Assembly (NCBI GenBank): GCA_951406725.2
Contig: OX597814.1
Location: forward strand, 13,268,001 to 13,332,000
Direction of reading: 5' to 3'
Length of the DNA: 64,000 nucleotides
Source of the DNA: Octopus vulgaris
Taxonomy: Eukaryota
Of the stretch, positions 25,830 through 41,499 are shown piece after piece. The notes beneath the pieces are model-generated. The model did not search any database. It was not told the DNA's origin and was given only the letters and a program-made list of their open reading frames with translations. The translations under genes and the position numbers were made by a program. How positions within the stretch are numbered: position 1 is the stretch's first letter; each line of letters opens with the position of its first letter.

Positions 25830-27662
25830 GATAACTTGATACCAGGTAACAATGAAACTCAAATGTTTTGGAGTGACATATGGAGCAAAGACAAGGAGCA
25901 CAAGAAGGATGATGAATGGTTGCAAGTACTGAAACAAGCAGTAGTCTGCCCAAAAGAGGCAGAACTAGTAATTTCAGGTAGGGAAGTGAAGGAAATCAGC
26001 AAAAAAAGAAAAATGAGCAACTGGAAGGCCTGCGAACCAGATGTAGCTGAAGGTTACTGGCGCAAAAGATTTGAGGAATGTCATGCACGAATAGCTGCAC
26101 AACTCAGAAATTTGTTAAATGCCGACCAAGTAATACAAGAATGGTTGACATTGGGTTGACAGTGCTGTAGCTGAAAAACATCGAATAAGGCAATACAGTA
26201 AACAATTGCAGGGTGATATCCTGTTTGCTACTTATGCGGAAGTTATTGATTGGAATACTCAAAGAGTTATTGTACGAACATCTGGAAAGAAAAGGGCGTC
26301 CTACCACATGATCAGAAGGGTTGCAAGCGTAAGTGTAGAGGTAGCAAGGATCAAATCCTGATAGACAAAACTGTACTTAGGGACTGCAAGAAGGGGAAAA
26401 GTAATTTAGCCATGTCATGGATCGACTTTCGTAAGGCTTATTATGAAATGAATCGGACAGAATAATATTGAAGCTATTAACCCCTGTGTGGTTTCACTCC
26501 TTAGATATGCAGCAGAGTTAATCACATGGACAGTAGACGAACTAAACAGCTTAAACAGAAAGTCAAGGAAGTTGCTATCTAGATATGGAGCACTCTACTC
26601 AAAAACTGAGACGGACAGACTGTATGTACCACGAAAAAGAGGGAGAAGAGGACTTATTGGATGTGAACGTAGCATTAGATCAGAAGAAAACAACATAGTA
26701 TGGTATGTAAAAAATACCAAAGAACCGCTATCATTTGAATTAAGAAGGTCAGGCTTGTGTAGGATGGAAGATTGCGAAGATAAAACATTGTACAAGCAAT
26801 TGAAAACGAATGAAACTGAAAATAGGTGGGTAAAGAAATGAATGCATGGTCTATTTCATAGGGATGTTAAAGATAAAACAGACAGAGAAAAAGATGGCTG
26901 TGGATGACGAAAAGGGATTCAAAACCGGAAACAGAGGCTCTAATCAGTGCTGTCCATGCGCAAGGCCGAAGAACAAACTACATAAAATACAGAATAGACA
27001 ACACATCAGAAAGTGATAAGTAAAGAATCTGTGGACATAATGGTGAAACCATATGGGATATTACCAGCCAATGTACGCCGCTAGCCCGAGGAGGAATGTA
27101 AGAGCCATAACAATATAGCCAGGTTGTCCATTGAACACTCTGCAACAAGTATGGACTTGACAGAGCCAAAAATTGGTACGACCACCAACCCTAAGTCATC
27201 ATTGAAAATAAAAATGCAAAGATCATATGGGATATAATGATTCAGTGCGACCATGAGATAAAGAATAGGCAGAGAGTCATAGTCTTAATTGAGAAAGAAA
27301 CAAACTATGTTGGATCATAGGTATTGCGTACCCAGCTGACAACAAGGTATGCGATAAGGAAGAAAGAAAAGTCAAGAGATATGACAGGTTAGATTGGCAG
27401 GTTAAGCAGTTGTGGTCGATGAAAAAGGTAGCAGAAGTACCAATAATTGTCGGGGCCCTGGGAACAGTGAGCAAAATCTCGAGAAAAATGTGGAACAAAT
27501 GTGGGCTGCAGTAAGGGTGGATCACTTGCAGGAAACAGCACTTTTTTTAACCACTCGAATACTCCGGAAGGTGCTCGAAAAATAAGAGGTGTTACCTTAG
27601 TTCACTGGTAGTGAATAGCTGACACCGTAGTACATCTAGAGCGTTAGAAGCTGTGCAAAGGC
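25830..27662 (+). mobile_element. R4/Dong element, internally deleted (RT core missing)
   Basis: FWSDIWS...SNWKA..PD...[18 protein letters not shown]...WIDFRKAY jumps directly to IEAIN...LYVPRKRGRRGL, followed by CCHC/RLE remnants. Confidence 0.88.
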
Positions 27663-27730
<68 letters not shown>

Positions 27731-27733
27731 GAA

Positions 27734-27764
<31 letters not shown>

Positions 27765-27819
27765 AAGAAGAAGAAGAAGAAGAAGAAGAAGAAGAAGAAG
27801 AAGAAGAAAAAGAAGAAGA

Positions 27820-30451
27820 CTGCCAAACCTACAAAAACTCGAAGTTTAAAAAAAATATATAATATGAAAACCATACTTATCATTGATACCATCATGCAAA
27901 AGGTACGTGCTAAAGCTGCCCACATAGCAAGTTATCAAGAGCGCGTTAGTTTCTTCAAGGGCAACAACATGTTCAAAAATAACCCTAAAATGTTTACAGG
28001 AAGCAAGGGAAAATACCAGTAACAGTAAAACCTGTCCCATCGAAAGAAGTATTCATCGAAAACGCGCAATGAAAAAGCCCCTTGGATATCTACAGATTTA
28101 GACTCCTTAGAGGAGCAAAAGTGGGTGTCAAGTTAGAAGATACAAGATCTACTCTCAGGAGGTCAAGCAAATGGAAGTCTCCAGGAAAGGATAAAATCCC
28201 TTACTTCTGGTTGAATGCATTCTAAAAGAGCCATGAACTGCTAACAAAACTTTACAAGGATGTTTTGCAACATCCTAGTATGATGCCCTCTTGGCTAGTT
28301 AATGGTTTAACATTCCTACTTCCAAAAATGAAGAAACACATGAACCAAAAATGATCGACCCATAACCTGCTTAACAAAAATGTATGAAATGCTAACATCT
28401 GCCCTGACTGAATATACCTATAGTTTTTTAATAGAAAGTAGCATATTCCCTAATGGGCAAAAATGATGTAAACGTGGATCATATGGTTGTAATGATCAGC
28501 TACTCATCAAAACGATGATCTTAGAAGATTCTCACAAACGACACAAAAACTTGTCAATAACCAGGATAGACTATAAAGCAGCCTTTTGATAGCATACCAT
28601 ATAGCGAGATTAAGAAATGCCTGGAAATGTATAAAATAGCGCCTACTCTGCGAAATATTTTGTCTGTAAGTATGAGATCATGGAGAACCACACTAACTTT
28701 GAACTGTGACAATGGATCTCTAAATGCTGGAGATGTAAAAATTTCAAGTGGCATTTTCCAGGGTGACTCACTGTCACCACTCCTCTTTTGTTTAGCCTTA
28801 ATACCTCTCTCAAAATTGCTCAATGATGCACAGTACGGATATAAAATGTTTGATAAAAATTTAAATCATCTCATTTACTGGATGATTTAAAGCTCTTTGC
28901 AAAAAATGACCGACAACTCAAGGACTTACTAGCGATTGTTAAACAATTCAGTGATGACTTCAGAATGCAATTTGGTCTCGATAAATGTGCAAAAGCTAGC
29001 TTTATCAAAGGAAAAACGACAGAAACATCTAACGTCAGCCTTGATCAGCAGAATTCCATAAAAGAGTTGCAACCGGCGGAGAGCTACAAATACCTAGGAG
29101 TAATTGAAGGGGACGGAATCAAACATTCAGTGATTAGGGAAAGGATCAGAAAAGAATGTTATCACTGGGTGAGAGCAATACTTAAGTCAGAGCTGAATGC
29201 AAGAAACAGAATCGAAGCAATCAATGCTTTAGCCATATCAGTCGTGACTTACAGTTTCAATATAATTAGCTGGTCAGTTACTGAAATATGTAATCTTGAG
29301 CGAAATATAAGAAAGCTGTTGACAATGCATAGAATGCACCACCTTAAGGCAGATATTGCTCGAATTTATCAGCCAAGAAAAGAAGGACATCATGGACCTT
29401 TACAACTGCATACCTACCTGAAAAGCTCTGAGGAGTAGATGTTATAACTTGTCTCAAATCATGAAAACAAGGAAGCATCATACTCAGTAACAGGTAAATG
29501 AATATCTAAGTGACTTCCAAATACAAAAAATCCAGAATTAGTCGCACTAGAAACAAGCACCGAAAAAGCTAAGCGCATGAAAACCCGTGCAAAAACTGCT
29601 GCCTTAGATATTCTGACAGATAAATGGCAAGAAAAACCTCTCAATGGCAAATACCCAAAGAGAGCAAATAATGCCAACGTTGACAAAGCCCTTACTCAGC
29701 AATAGCTAATGGCTTCTGGCTTAAAATCAGAAACAGAAGGGTTTATCATAGTAGCCCAAATCAATGCCTACCTACAAGGAACTACCAGAACAACATATTA
29801 AAAAAACGGTAGCTTCTCAACATGTGTATATCTACAACAAAATGAAACCATTGATCACGTTGTCTTCAAGTGCAGTCTTCTAGCGCCTACAGAATATCTC
29901 AACAGGCATTATAGAGCTGCACAATATATCCACTGGGTAATTTGCAAAAACCTGGATTAGCCCCATGAAAAAACTGGTGGGAACACAAACGACATCCAGT
30001 GCTTGAAAATGACCACATCTCACTCCTCTGGAACTTCACCATTCAAACTAACAGAAAGATAGATGCAAATAGGCCAGACATCATATTGAAAGACTTCAGA
30101 CAAAGAACATGCCTCCTCATTGATATGACTGTCCCAATCGATATAAACGTATCCCAAAACTGAGCAAATATAAAGATCTTGAAATAGAAATCAGCAAAAT
30201 GTGGAACCTGAAGACTAAAACAATACCTGTTGTCATAGGTGCCCTGGGAATGATAGCAAATGGGACTGGTTGCTATCGAACTCAGATACCAGGAAACCCA
30301 AAAATGGCAGAAATTCAAAAGATAGTGCTCATGAGAACTGCTCATATCCTACGCAAAATACTTTCTATGTAATCTCAAGGTTTAAAACAAACATAATTTT
30401 CGGGTTTTTTTTCTTTATTATTTATTTATTTTTTAATATTTAAAAGTAAAC

Positions 30452-30502
<51 letters not shown>

Positions 30503-30660
30503 TAGACATTCACTAGTACACCACCAAAAAAAAGAAAAATCCCAAATATATGGCACACTAGGCATAAAAACAACGTGAACTTCCAGCCTGTTGTCTCTTG
30601 AGGTCTCTGGGTGAGACTTGGAGCCAACTTGTACAAATATAAGGCAAAAGTCAAACATAT
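27820..30660 (+). mobile_element. Longest R4/Dong copy (RT + CCHC + RLE + 3'UTR), pseudogenised
   Basis: WKSPGKD, RPITCL, GIFQGDSLSPLLFCLAL, MDDLK, FGLDKC, YKYLG, IDANRPDI, LIDMTVP, IPVVIGALG. Many stops and frameshifts. Confidence 0.92.
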
Positions 30661-30679
30661 AATAATAATAATAATAATA

Positions 30680-30744
<65 letters not shown>

Positions 30745-30828
30745 GGTGGTGGTGGTGGTGGTGGTGGTGGGTGGTGGTAGTGGTGGTGGTGGTGGTAGTG
30801 GTGGTGATGGTGGTGGTGGTGGTGATGG

Positions 30829-32660
<1,832 letters not shown>

Positions 32661-32699
32661 AATAATAATAATAATAATAACAACAAAACAATCCTATCT

Positions 32700-32815
32700 T
32701 ATTTTGGCACAGGATAGCAATGTTGAGGGGTGGAGAATCCATTATATCGACCACAGTTCTCAACTGATACTTATGTTATCGACCCTAAAATGATGGCAGA
32801 TTAATTTGAACGTAA
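32700..32815 (-). mobile_element. SINE family B, degenerate fragment
   Basis: attatatcgaccacagt...actgatactta..tatcgaccc is similar to the family B core. Confidence 0.5.
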
Positions 32816-33695
32816 AGAGCAGTTACTATGTGACAATTACTTGATATCAGAAAAATATTGGAAATTGAATATAGAAGTACAGAAATATTTATGCATAACA
32901 TAATATGCGACGCATAATCAGGGTCAAATCTTGTGTTAAAATGTCTATTAAGTGTACGTTTCGCTATTCTTTGGACGCTTATGAGGTGAAATTAGTGCAA
33001 AACAGGCTAGACTTTTATGTAAATATATTATAAAGCAAGGATATCATACCCAAGAAAGGTTAATGCAGAAAATCGAATTTATGTTGATCCCTCTGTTATT
33101 CTTGGAGATTCAAATCAAATTTAATATAATATGCACAACGTATTCAATCACTCTCAATACAAGATGTTTGATAATTTGTATGCTTGCCATATAACAGTGA
33201 AACGAATAAAGGCTGGGGTTAATGTATCTTTCAAGTTATAGCAAACTAAAGATGGAAATATCTTAGTAATGCCGCTGAAAATTGACATTATATTTAAACT
33301 TTCCTATGGTGACCTATTGTCTGTTGAGTCAAATGTAAAGTAAGACAGAGAAGGAATATTTCAATAAGATGATTGAAATGGGGTGATTGTGGAATACAAT
33401 GAGGGTAAAGAGACACTTGGGTAAAATATAGATTTAAAAGTACAGTTAATTATATATGTAGAAGAAAATATCCATGTGTGCATGTAAGTATATATATGTA
33501 TGTATTTATCACTTCTCCAAGGGAATTGCATGTCTCTGTGTCACATTCTCCCCCCTCTCTCTCTCTCTTTCTCTCTGTATATATATATAGAGAGAGAGAG
33601 AGAAAGAGAGAGAGAGATAAATATACATACATACATATATATATATATAAAGATATATATATATATAGAGAGAGAGAGAAATATACATACATACA

Positions 33696-33731
<36 letters not shown>

Positions 33732-33736
33732 TATAT

Positions 33737-33778
<42 letters not shown>

Positions 33779-34269
33779 TTATATATATATATATATATAT
33801 AGATATATATATATATATATATATATAATAGATAGATATATATACACATATATATATATATATATATAAACACGGACACACAAACATCATACCTCTCGGG
33901 AATATGGATTTTAGTCTTAGTATTAATATAAGTTAGAGATTTCGAGTTGAAACAAAATGAATATTTATATACAGTATGATTTTATGCAAAGACAATACAA
34001 TACCGTTTCCAACCACTTATACAAACAATTATATTGCCAACATATATATTCCACGGCATATATACATGTTCACGCGTGTATACATGTGTGAGTGTACGAG
34101 GGGGCATACGTATTTGCGCGCGCGATTGTCGCTGTGTGCGTGTGCACGTGTGTGTGCGTGTATATGCGTGTGTACATTAGCGTGCATTCAGATACTAATT
34201 CAGGAAATACATCATATGTAAATTTATGTCTGATAAAAATACCTGCGCTATTTCACTCTGATTGTCGAT

Positions 34270-34450
34270 GCATCATGATGTAGGCCAGATACAATGCTTC
34301 ACATCATTTCCACATCTTTCCGTCTTCAGTTCAAATTCCATGGAAGTTGAATTCGCATTTTATCCTTCATGAGCCAATAAAATGTGCACCATCTGAGCAA
34401 TGGGTTCGATATAATCCGAAAACACTGGCCTTGTGCCAAAATTTGCAATC
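34270..34450 (+). mobile_element. SINE family B, degenerate
   Basis: gttcaaattcc...ttcgcattttatcctt...ggttcgatataatc...ggccttgtgccaaaatttg. Confidence 0.55.
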
Positions 34451-34645
34451 CATATAGTAGTATGTGCCCAGGAGCACAGAACATACACACATACACACTC
34501 TCGTATAATCTAGCGCCTATATGTCTATATTTAAGAAGCTTGCTTTAATATTAAGTATCACGTGAACTAGGAATCGTAGATGAGTGTCCTCTAATAGGGC
34601 CCCATGGTAGCCAATGATTTTGTGGGGTGAAATAGCGAAAATGAG

Positions 34646-34698
<53 letters not shown>

Positions 34699-34898
34699 TA
34701 TAACCACATATACCTTGATACAACTTACTCAACAAGAACTCCGTACTCGAATGGATCATGATACCTCAAAACTTGACTTAAGGATTTAGATAAACCTATC
34801 AGGTGGTGCTATTAAGTTAGACATAGTCTAGACCAATCTTTGGTAGAAACATAGCTAAGTTTTATCTAAGTATTATATATATTGTATATACATATACA

Positions 34899-34946
<48 letters not shown>

Positions 34947-34981
34947 CACACACACACACACAGACACGCACACATATATAC

Positions 34982-35012
<31 letters not shown>

Positions 35013-35098
35013 ATTCTAGGTTTTCATTTTTAGTTTCTCTAATATGCGGATATATACATATTTATCCATTACTTATATATGTACATACATATCTACAC

Positions 35099-35146
<48 letters not shown>

Positions 35147-35177
35147 GTGTGTGTATCTATATATATGCATATATATA

Positions 35178-35703
35178 GGCATTATTAAATCTCAGAGCGA
35201 GATGTAAACAGTAACCGCTCGACAATATAAAGTATAAAAGCCATCTCAATATGGCTAACCACAATGTGGGGGTGTTACAGGAGATCATCGTCTCTAGCTG
35301 GCTTTAGACACACTTTCTGTGCCCTTGACGTATTTGCAAAAGGAGGCCATCCTTTCCTCGTAAGCCTGAGTGATACGCACGGACCGGTTTCGAAATTATT
35401 GTCTCTTTCGAAATCAGTGGCAGACGTCACTAGAAAAACTCTTATATATTTGCAAAGCAGGCCTTGTCTTTCATCGTGACCTGGTGGTTACCGCCCGTTG
35501 ATAAGAGACAATAATCTCGAAACCGGTCCGTGCGTATCACTCAGGCTTACGAGGAAGGGATGGCCTCCCTTTGCAAATATTTCAAGGGCACAGAAAGTGT
35601 GTCTAAAGCCAGCTGGAGACGATGATCTCCTGGGGCTACAGAGCTACAGTAACAACCCCACTTTGTGGTTAGCCATATTGAGATTGCTTTTATACTTTAC
35701 ATT
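35178..35703. mobile_element. Inverted-repeat PLE pLTR unit in (TA)n with hammerhead
   Basis: Arms ~35228-35406 and ~35504-35700 are reverse complements (one short insertion in the right arm). ~100-bp spacer. Unpaired tail at 35178-35227. Confidence 0.88.
35492..35534 (+). ncRNA. Minimal hammerhead ribozyme, U3:A8 covariant
   Basis: cgcccg TTGATAA gaga-caataa-tctc GAA AccggT C cgtgcg. Stem I 5/6 bp, 4-bp stem II, palindromic stem III ACCGGT, GUC triplet. Confidence 0.72.
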
Positions 35704-36453
35704 ATATATATAATACATATGCATATATATATAAGACTAGGCTTTTATTTAATTCACATATCGTTCTATATTACTCATCTATTTGGTTTCTGATTTTTTC
35801 TTTCCTTTACTCCTCCTCTTCTTGTAGCCTATCTTTGACGTTATATCCTCTAACGTTTTTTTAAAAAAAAACTTAATAACATTCCGTTCATCACTATACA
35901 TATCGATCATATTCTGTTACAAAGTCTTATTGACGAATTTTATTTCTTCATTTCCTTGAAGAGAAGATTACATTGTCATACACCATTTTATTCCTTTGGA
36001 AAAATACCAATGATTTCTTCGAAACATGTGTCGGAAGTAAAAGAATTTGAATAACACCTGCGTTTAACTCCCCTTATTTATTTATATATATTATACAAAA
36101 TATTTCACATAAAGCCGGGGTTTCTACCTGTAAAAACAAGGTGTTACAACATTTTTAATTGTGTGATTTTCTCCTACCCTGGTAACTGTTCATCTAATTT
36201 TTCAGTTTTAATTGTAAACAAAGGAAAATAGACACATCTGTTGATATATACAAAAATATATACATAAATACACTTATGTAGTTACACACACGCATACACA
36301 CACACATATATATGTATACATATACATATATATTTACATATATCGATATATATATACATATAAACACATATATCTATATACATATATACATATTTGCCTA
36401 TAGACATATACAAATCTACAAATATATATATATATATGTATATGTATAAATAA

Positions 36454-36495
<42 letters not shown>

Positions 36496-36957
36496 CCGTT
36501 GCTTTATTCCAATTAACTAAAATCCGCATATATACATACCCACATATATATACATATGGGGAAATGCAGTTGATCAAAAGAGAAATTGAGAGAGAATTGC
36601 CGAAAGGGAAGGAGGGTGAGAGAGAGGTAGAGAGATTTGCAATGTCCTATGTATTTAAAAACATATGTCAGAATGATGATATTTTTCTATCACGCTATAC
36701 AATATTTGTCTGATTGTCTGCAAAAATATTTCCCCATAAGAGATATTGAGTAGGACAAATCTCTGAGTAAAATATGTTTAAATGTTCAGAATACTACAGA
36801 CAGTTGTTATTACGTACAGCATGGCTGAATATCATTTATCATGCATACGTCTCAGTGTCTTTCCCGAAGGCAATGGTGTGCTGTGATGAGAAAAACGGTG
36901 GTGATGTAAGTATATCGAGAGGTGATGTAAATGTGTGATTGTGCCTCTGTTTGCGTG

Positions 36958-36996
<39 letters not shown>

Positions 36997-37586
36997 TGTG
37001 TTTGTGTGTGTGTGCCTTTCAATGTGGACATGTTAGAGGAATAGTTTCCTCACGATTATATCTATCATTGCTAATCTGTTTCAGAGAGCTTATTCTTAGC
37101 AATAAATTTCATAGAAAATTCTGTTTGAAGCATTTATTATATTCGTTTCTGATGCAATACCGACAATATTAATGACACATTTTCTCTCATTCTCTGTTTT
37201 CTTTTCGAAATCCTTCTCTGTAATGTCTAATGATATCTTAGTACAATTGCTAAACATACCATTTACTGTTGGATATTGGTTGTCGTGAAATATTCTGCTA
37301 CAGATTACAACATTTTTACCTCATTAAACATTGGTCGTTGTTCATTATTTTTTCTATTCTCGTTTTATTGTTCCAATGTCATCAAATAGTTTGTTTGATG
37401 CGCATCAAAAGTACATAAGGCGGTACGCGAACACACGCGCACTCATTAACATACGCTCTTAGATAATATATACATTATTTATCTATCTTTCTATCTATCT
37501 GTCCATCTTTCTCTGTCTGTATCTCTCTCCCCTCTCTCATTCTCTATGGAGATATATTACATATATATATATAATAAGTATATATA

Positions 37587-37917
37587 GGCGCAGTAGCTTT
37601 CTTATCAACCACAAGGTTCCGGGTTCGTTCCCACTGCGTGGCATCTTGGGCAAGCGTCTTCTACTATAGCCTCGGGCCAACCAAAACCTTGCGAGTGGTT
37701 TTGGTAGACAGAAACTGAAAGAAGCCCGTCGTATATATGCATGTATATATATATATATATATCAAAATAAGCAACAAGAATAACTCCGGTAATTTGGTAC
37801 GATCATTTGGCACTACATCATTTTATTAAATGGATAATAAGTATATATAGGCGCCATACAGAATTCTGGTGCATTTAACTTAAGTACCATATTCATTTAA
37901 ATCTAAATTTTGCTGAA

Positions 37918-37971
<54 letters not shown>

Positions 37972-38211
37972 CGTGTGTGTGTGTGAGTGTGTGTGTGTGT
38001 GCTTGCGTGTGTTTGTCCCCCCAATATCGTTTGACAACCGATACTGATGTATTTACGTCCCCGTAACTTAGCGGTTCGGCAAAAGAGACCGATAGAATAA
38101 GTACTAGCCTTACAAAGAATAAGTCCTGGGGTCTATTTGGTCGAGTAAAGGTGGTGCTCCAGCATGGACGCTGTCAAATGACTGAAACAAGTAAAAGAAT
38201 AAAAGAATAAA
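37587..38211 (+). mobile_element. SINE family A with a nested insertion in its internal (TA)n
   Basis: 5' half 37587-37735 and 3' half ~37990-38211 are separated by (TA)n plus a foreign segment at 37762-37920. Confidence 0.85.
37762..37920 (+). mobile_element. Short (TA)n-targeted unit (family H3)
   Basis: The 5' aagcaacaagaat and 3' gaattctggtgcatttaacttaagtacca.attcat motifs are shared with 38798-39040 and 62535-62735. Confidence 0.7.
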
Positions 38212-38280
38212 TGTATACATATATATGTATATATATCTGTATATATATTTATACATATATATATATGCGTGTTTATATAC

Positions 38281-38342
<62 letters not shown>

Positions 38343-38346
<4 letters not shown>

Positions 38347-38711
38347 ACAATAACAGAGGGTAACATTAATTAATTAAGAAGTAACTAATAATTTCACCAA
38401 GTAGAATTCGGTATGAAAAAGGACCATTTCACGGTAAACTTAAGTAATACTTAATAAAAGGGTTCAGCAAAGATTTGCTTCACCACACACTGAAGTTTAG
38501 AAATAGCAGCCAAAAATCTTAGATATTTCTTCTACTTTAAAAAGGGACTCCTAGAGAAATCAAAATACTTGAAGATAATTCACACAGCAGAGAGTAAAGC
38601 AACGAAAATCAATCAATATATGGTCATCCATGGACGCGCGTCTATTTTTGGCTGCTATTTCTAAATTTCGGTGTGTGGTGAAGCAAATCTTTGATGAACC
38701 CTTTTATTAAG

Positions 38712-38717
<6 letters not shown>
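38343..38717 (-). mobile_element. PLE pLTR unit (family H2) with inverted partial copy
   Basis: 38444-38517 and 38645-38717 are inverted copies. The minus strand aligns by eye with 43590-43893 (ttggctgctatttctaaa, aatggtcctttt, ctacttggtgaaatt). Confidence 0.8.
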
Positions 38718-38750
<33 letters not shown>

Positions 38751-38797
38751 TACACACACACACACACAGATATATATATATATATACGTAAATTTAT

Positions 38798-39040
38798 ATC
38801 GAAATAAGCAATAGGATTTCCAGAGGTAATCATCGTTTCAAGTGACTCCATTTAATTGGAAAACGCAACCATTACATCAGTTTAAATGCAGAGTAATCCT
38901 CACCTACAAAATTCTCCAAGGTTTTAGGTAAAATTTTGATATTAATCACCTTATTTTGAAACTGTATAATAATAATACCGTACTAAATTCTGGTGCCTTA
39001 ACTTAAGTACCAAATTCATCTGAATCTATAGAAATTAATA
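38798..39040 (+). mobile_element. Short (TA)n-associated unit (family H3)
   Basis: atcgaaataagcaatagga...aaattctggtgccttaacttaagtaccaaattcat. Confidence 0.6.
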
Positions 39041-39610
39041 TATAAGTTTATATATGAGACCCCCCCCCCATATATCATTGTATATACAACCATAGATAAA
39101 CACAAACAAAAACACACACACACACATTTATATATATGAATATATGTATATGTACATGCATATGTATATAAAGGCGTTATATGTATGTATGTATGCATGT
39201 ATGTATAACACAAAGCATCCATCCACTTCGTTGATAGAACACAGCGGAAGATGTGACTAGAACATGTGAACTATTAGTTAAAGTTTCAATGGAGCTACGT
39301 TTCTCTAATTTTATTTCGATCTTTTCATTATTTAGATACCGGCACATAAAAGTTGATGAATGCAGTAATTATTGGAAACAAATTCCACCTCTATCCACGT
39401 ATCATTTTATGATGTTTTGAAAGAGCAATTCCTATACATGGTACGGAAAATAATCAGCGCAGTACAATATATGATTAAATCCAAAATTGCTGTTATGACA
39501 CTATATTCGTCGAAAAGTGCATATGACACAATAACCTTCAAGATGCCAGTTGCTAAACCGATTCTAAGCATTGTTTGATAGGTATTACATGTATGAGTAT
39601 CATATAAATG

Positions 39611-39667
<57 letters not shown>

Positions 39668-39683
39668 CGTGTGTGTGCGTGTA

Positions 39684-39842
39684 TGGCTGTGTCGTAAGTA
39701 GCTTGCTTACCAACCACAGGGTTAAAGGTTGACTCCCACTGCGTGGCACCTTGGACAAGTGTCTTCTACTATAATCTCGGGAAGACCGAAGCCTTGTGAG
39801 TGGATTTGGTAGACGGAAACTGAAAGAAGCCCGCCGTATATA

Positions 39843-39936
<94 letters not shown>

Positions 39937-40120
39937 TATATACTTTTATTCTTCTATTTGTTTCAATCATTTGACTGTGGGCATGCTAGGGTATCGCCTT
40001 TTTTGTAAACCTGGTATATACAACAGGCTTCTTTCAGGTGTCCGTCTACCAAATCCACTCACAAGGACCTTTGCTGAAGGTGCCACGCAGTGAGACTAAA
40101 CCCAGAACCATGTGGTTTTG
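39684..40120. mobile_element. Two opposed SINE family A fragments joined at (TA)n
   Basis: + 5' half at 39684-39838, then a - copy (tail 39945-40000, 5' part 40015-40120). Confidence 0.75.
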
Positions 40121-40374
40121 CAAGATTCTTTATGCGAAATCGTTTCTGGAAATAAATTTTGTTCTGTCTGCCTTAATATCCAACATATTCACGGTTCAAA
40201 TTTCACTCGTTTGTTATAATTATCATCCTTTTTCGTGTATGTGTCTTCCAAATTTGCGTTTCTTTATCAACCTTGTCAATGGATTACGACTCTGTTCGTT
40301 ATCATAGCTGAGTCCCTTTTGTCTGCTTGATATCATGCTACGTGGGCGTGTGCATGCTTGTGGATGCACATAAG

Positions 40375-40422
<48 letters not shown>

Positions 40423-40568
40423 TGTATGTGTGTATGTATGTGTGTGTACCACTGAGTCCTTCCGTATGTTTGTTTGTCTATGTGTATGAGTTTGTGTGAT
40501 TATGTACGTGTGTATGTTATATATGGATTTATGTTTCCAGATATGTGGATGCCTGTGTATGGCGTGTG

Positions 40569-40630
<62 letters not shown>

Positions 40631-40809
40631 CATACATACACACACACACACATATATATATATATATTCTCATGTTTCCGTCTCCTTTTGTGTGTTTGTT
40701 TCTATTTCCTATGTACCTACCTACATACACACCTACCTACCTACCTACCTACCTACCTATGTATGTATATTTCTGTAGTTATTGCGGTATATCTACCTTC
40801 TATATGAAT

Positions 40810-41490
40810 ATCCTATTTAGTACGGGGTACGTTTCAGTTATGAGGGCTTACTTCTGTTTTGTCTGAGTAATGGGTCCTTCGCGTGCTTGAGTAAAATAAG
40901 GGTATTAAGTCATCCCAGCGTGCACCAATGCTCGTCATGTTGATAGAGTATGGAGGATCGTTTCCTGTCATCATATTGCCTCTAGTGTATGTTTATTCTC
41001 TGTACTATACTTGTTGCTGCAATGTGTACCGTGTTTTCATCCTTACAACCACCTTCGATGCAACTTATGATATAAACTACATTCTGATTCTACAGATAAT
41101 GCCAGGGTTCATTTTACATACTACGCAGTTCTTATAAGTGCATGTGGTATTTTTGTTGAAGGGATACGTCCTTCATAACTGCGATCTGCTGGAGCTGACT
41201 GGCTTCTCAACTATCTTGATGTTGAGTTTGGTCTCATTCAGAGCCTTCCTAAATTTAGAGGCTAATTCCCTATGAGGTGTGTCATCTACAAATATATTTC
41301 CTTGATATTTGTCAGTCCCGTACCATGTGATCACACTGTTTGCTTTGTCATAAAACCTCTGTATACTATTCCAGTCTTTACCACTATATCTAGGGTAGAA
41401 ACAACTGGCTTCATTACATAATATGTTATATAATTTCTTACTAGCTCTCCCGTATACATGAATCCTATACTTCTGGCCATATCCAGAATA
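40810..41490 (-). mobile_element. PLE remnant (thumb-linker-GIY-YIG)
   Basis: Minus strand: YSGYGQKYRIHV...WYGTDKYQGNIFVDDTPHRELASKFRKAL...IKIVEK...VCK...CRI..VYIISCIEGGC...PVLN. Confidence 0.7.
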
Positions 41491-41499
41491 CTTTTAGGG

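Noticed and set aside
34690-34875. Possible further hammerhead/pLTR unit between (TA)n tracts
   Set aside because: Only a short inverted match (ttagataaa/tttatctaa) and a GAAA are present, with no CUGANGA core.
39335-39582. Cys-containing exon-like segment bounded by AG/GT
   Set aside because: Stops occur in all frames and no domain is recognisable.
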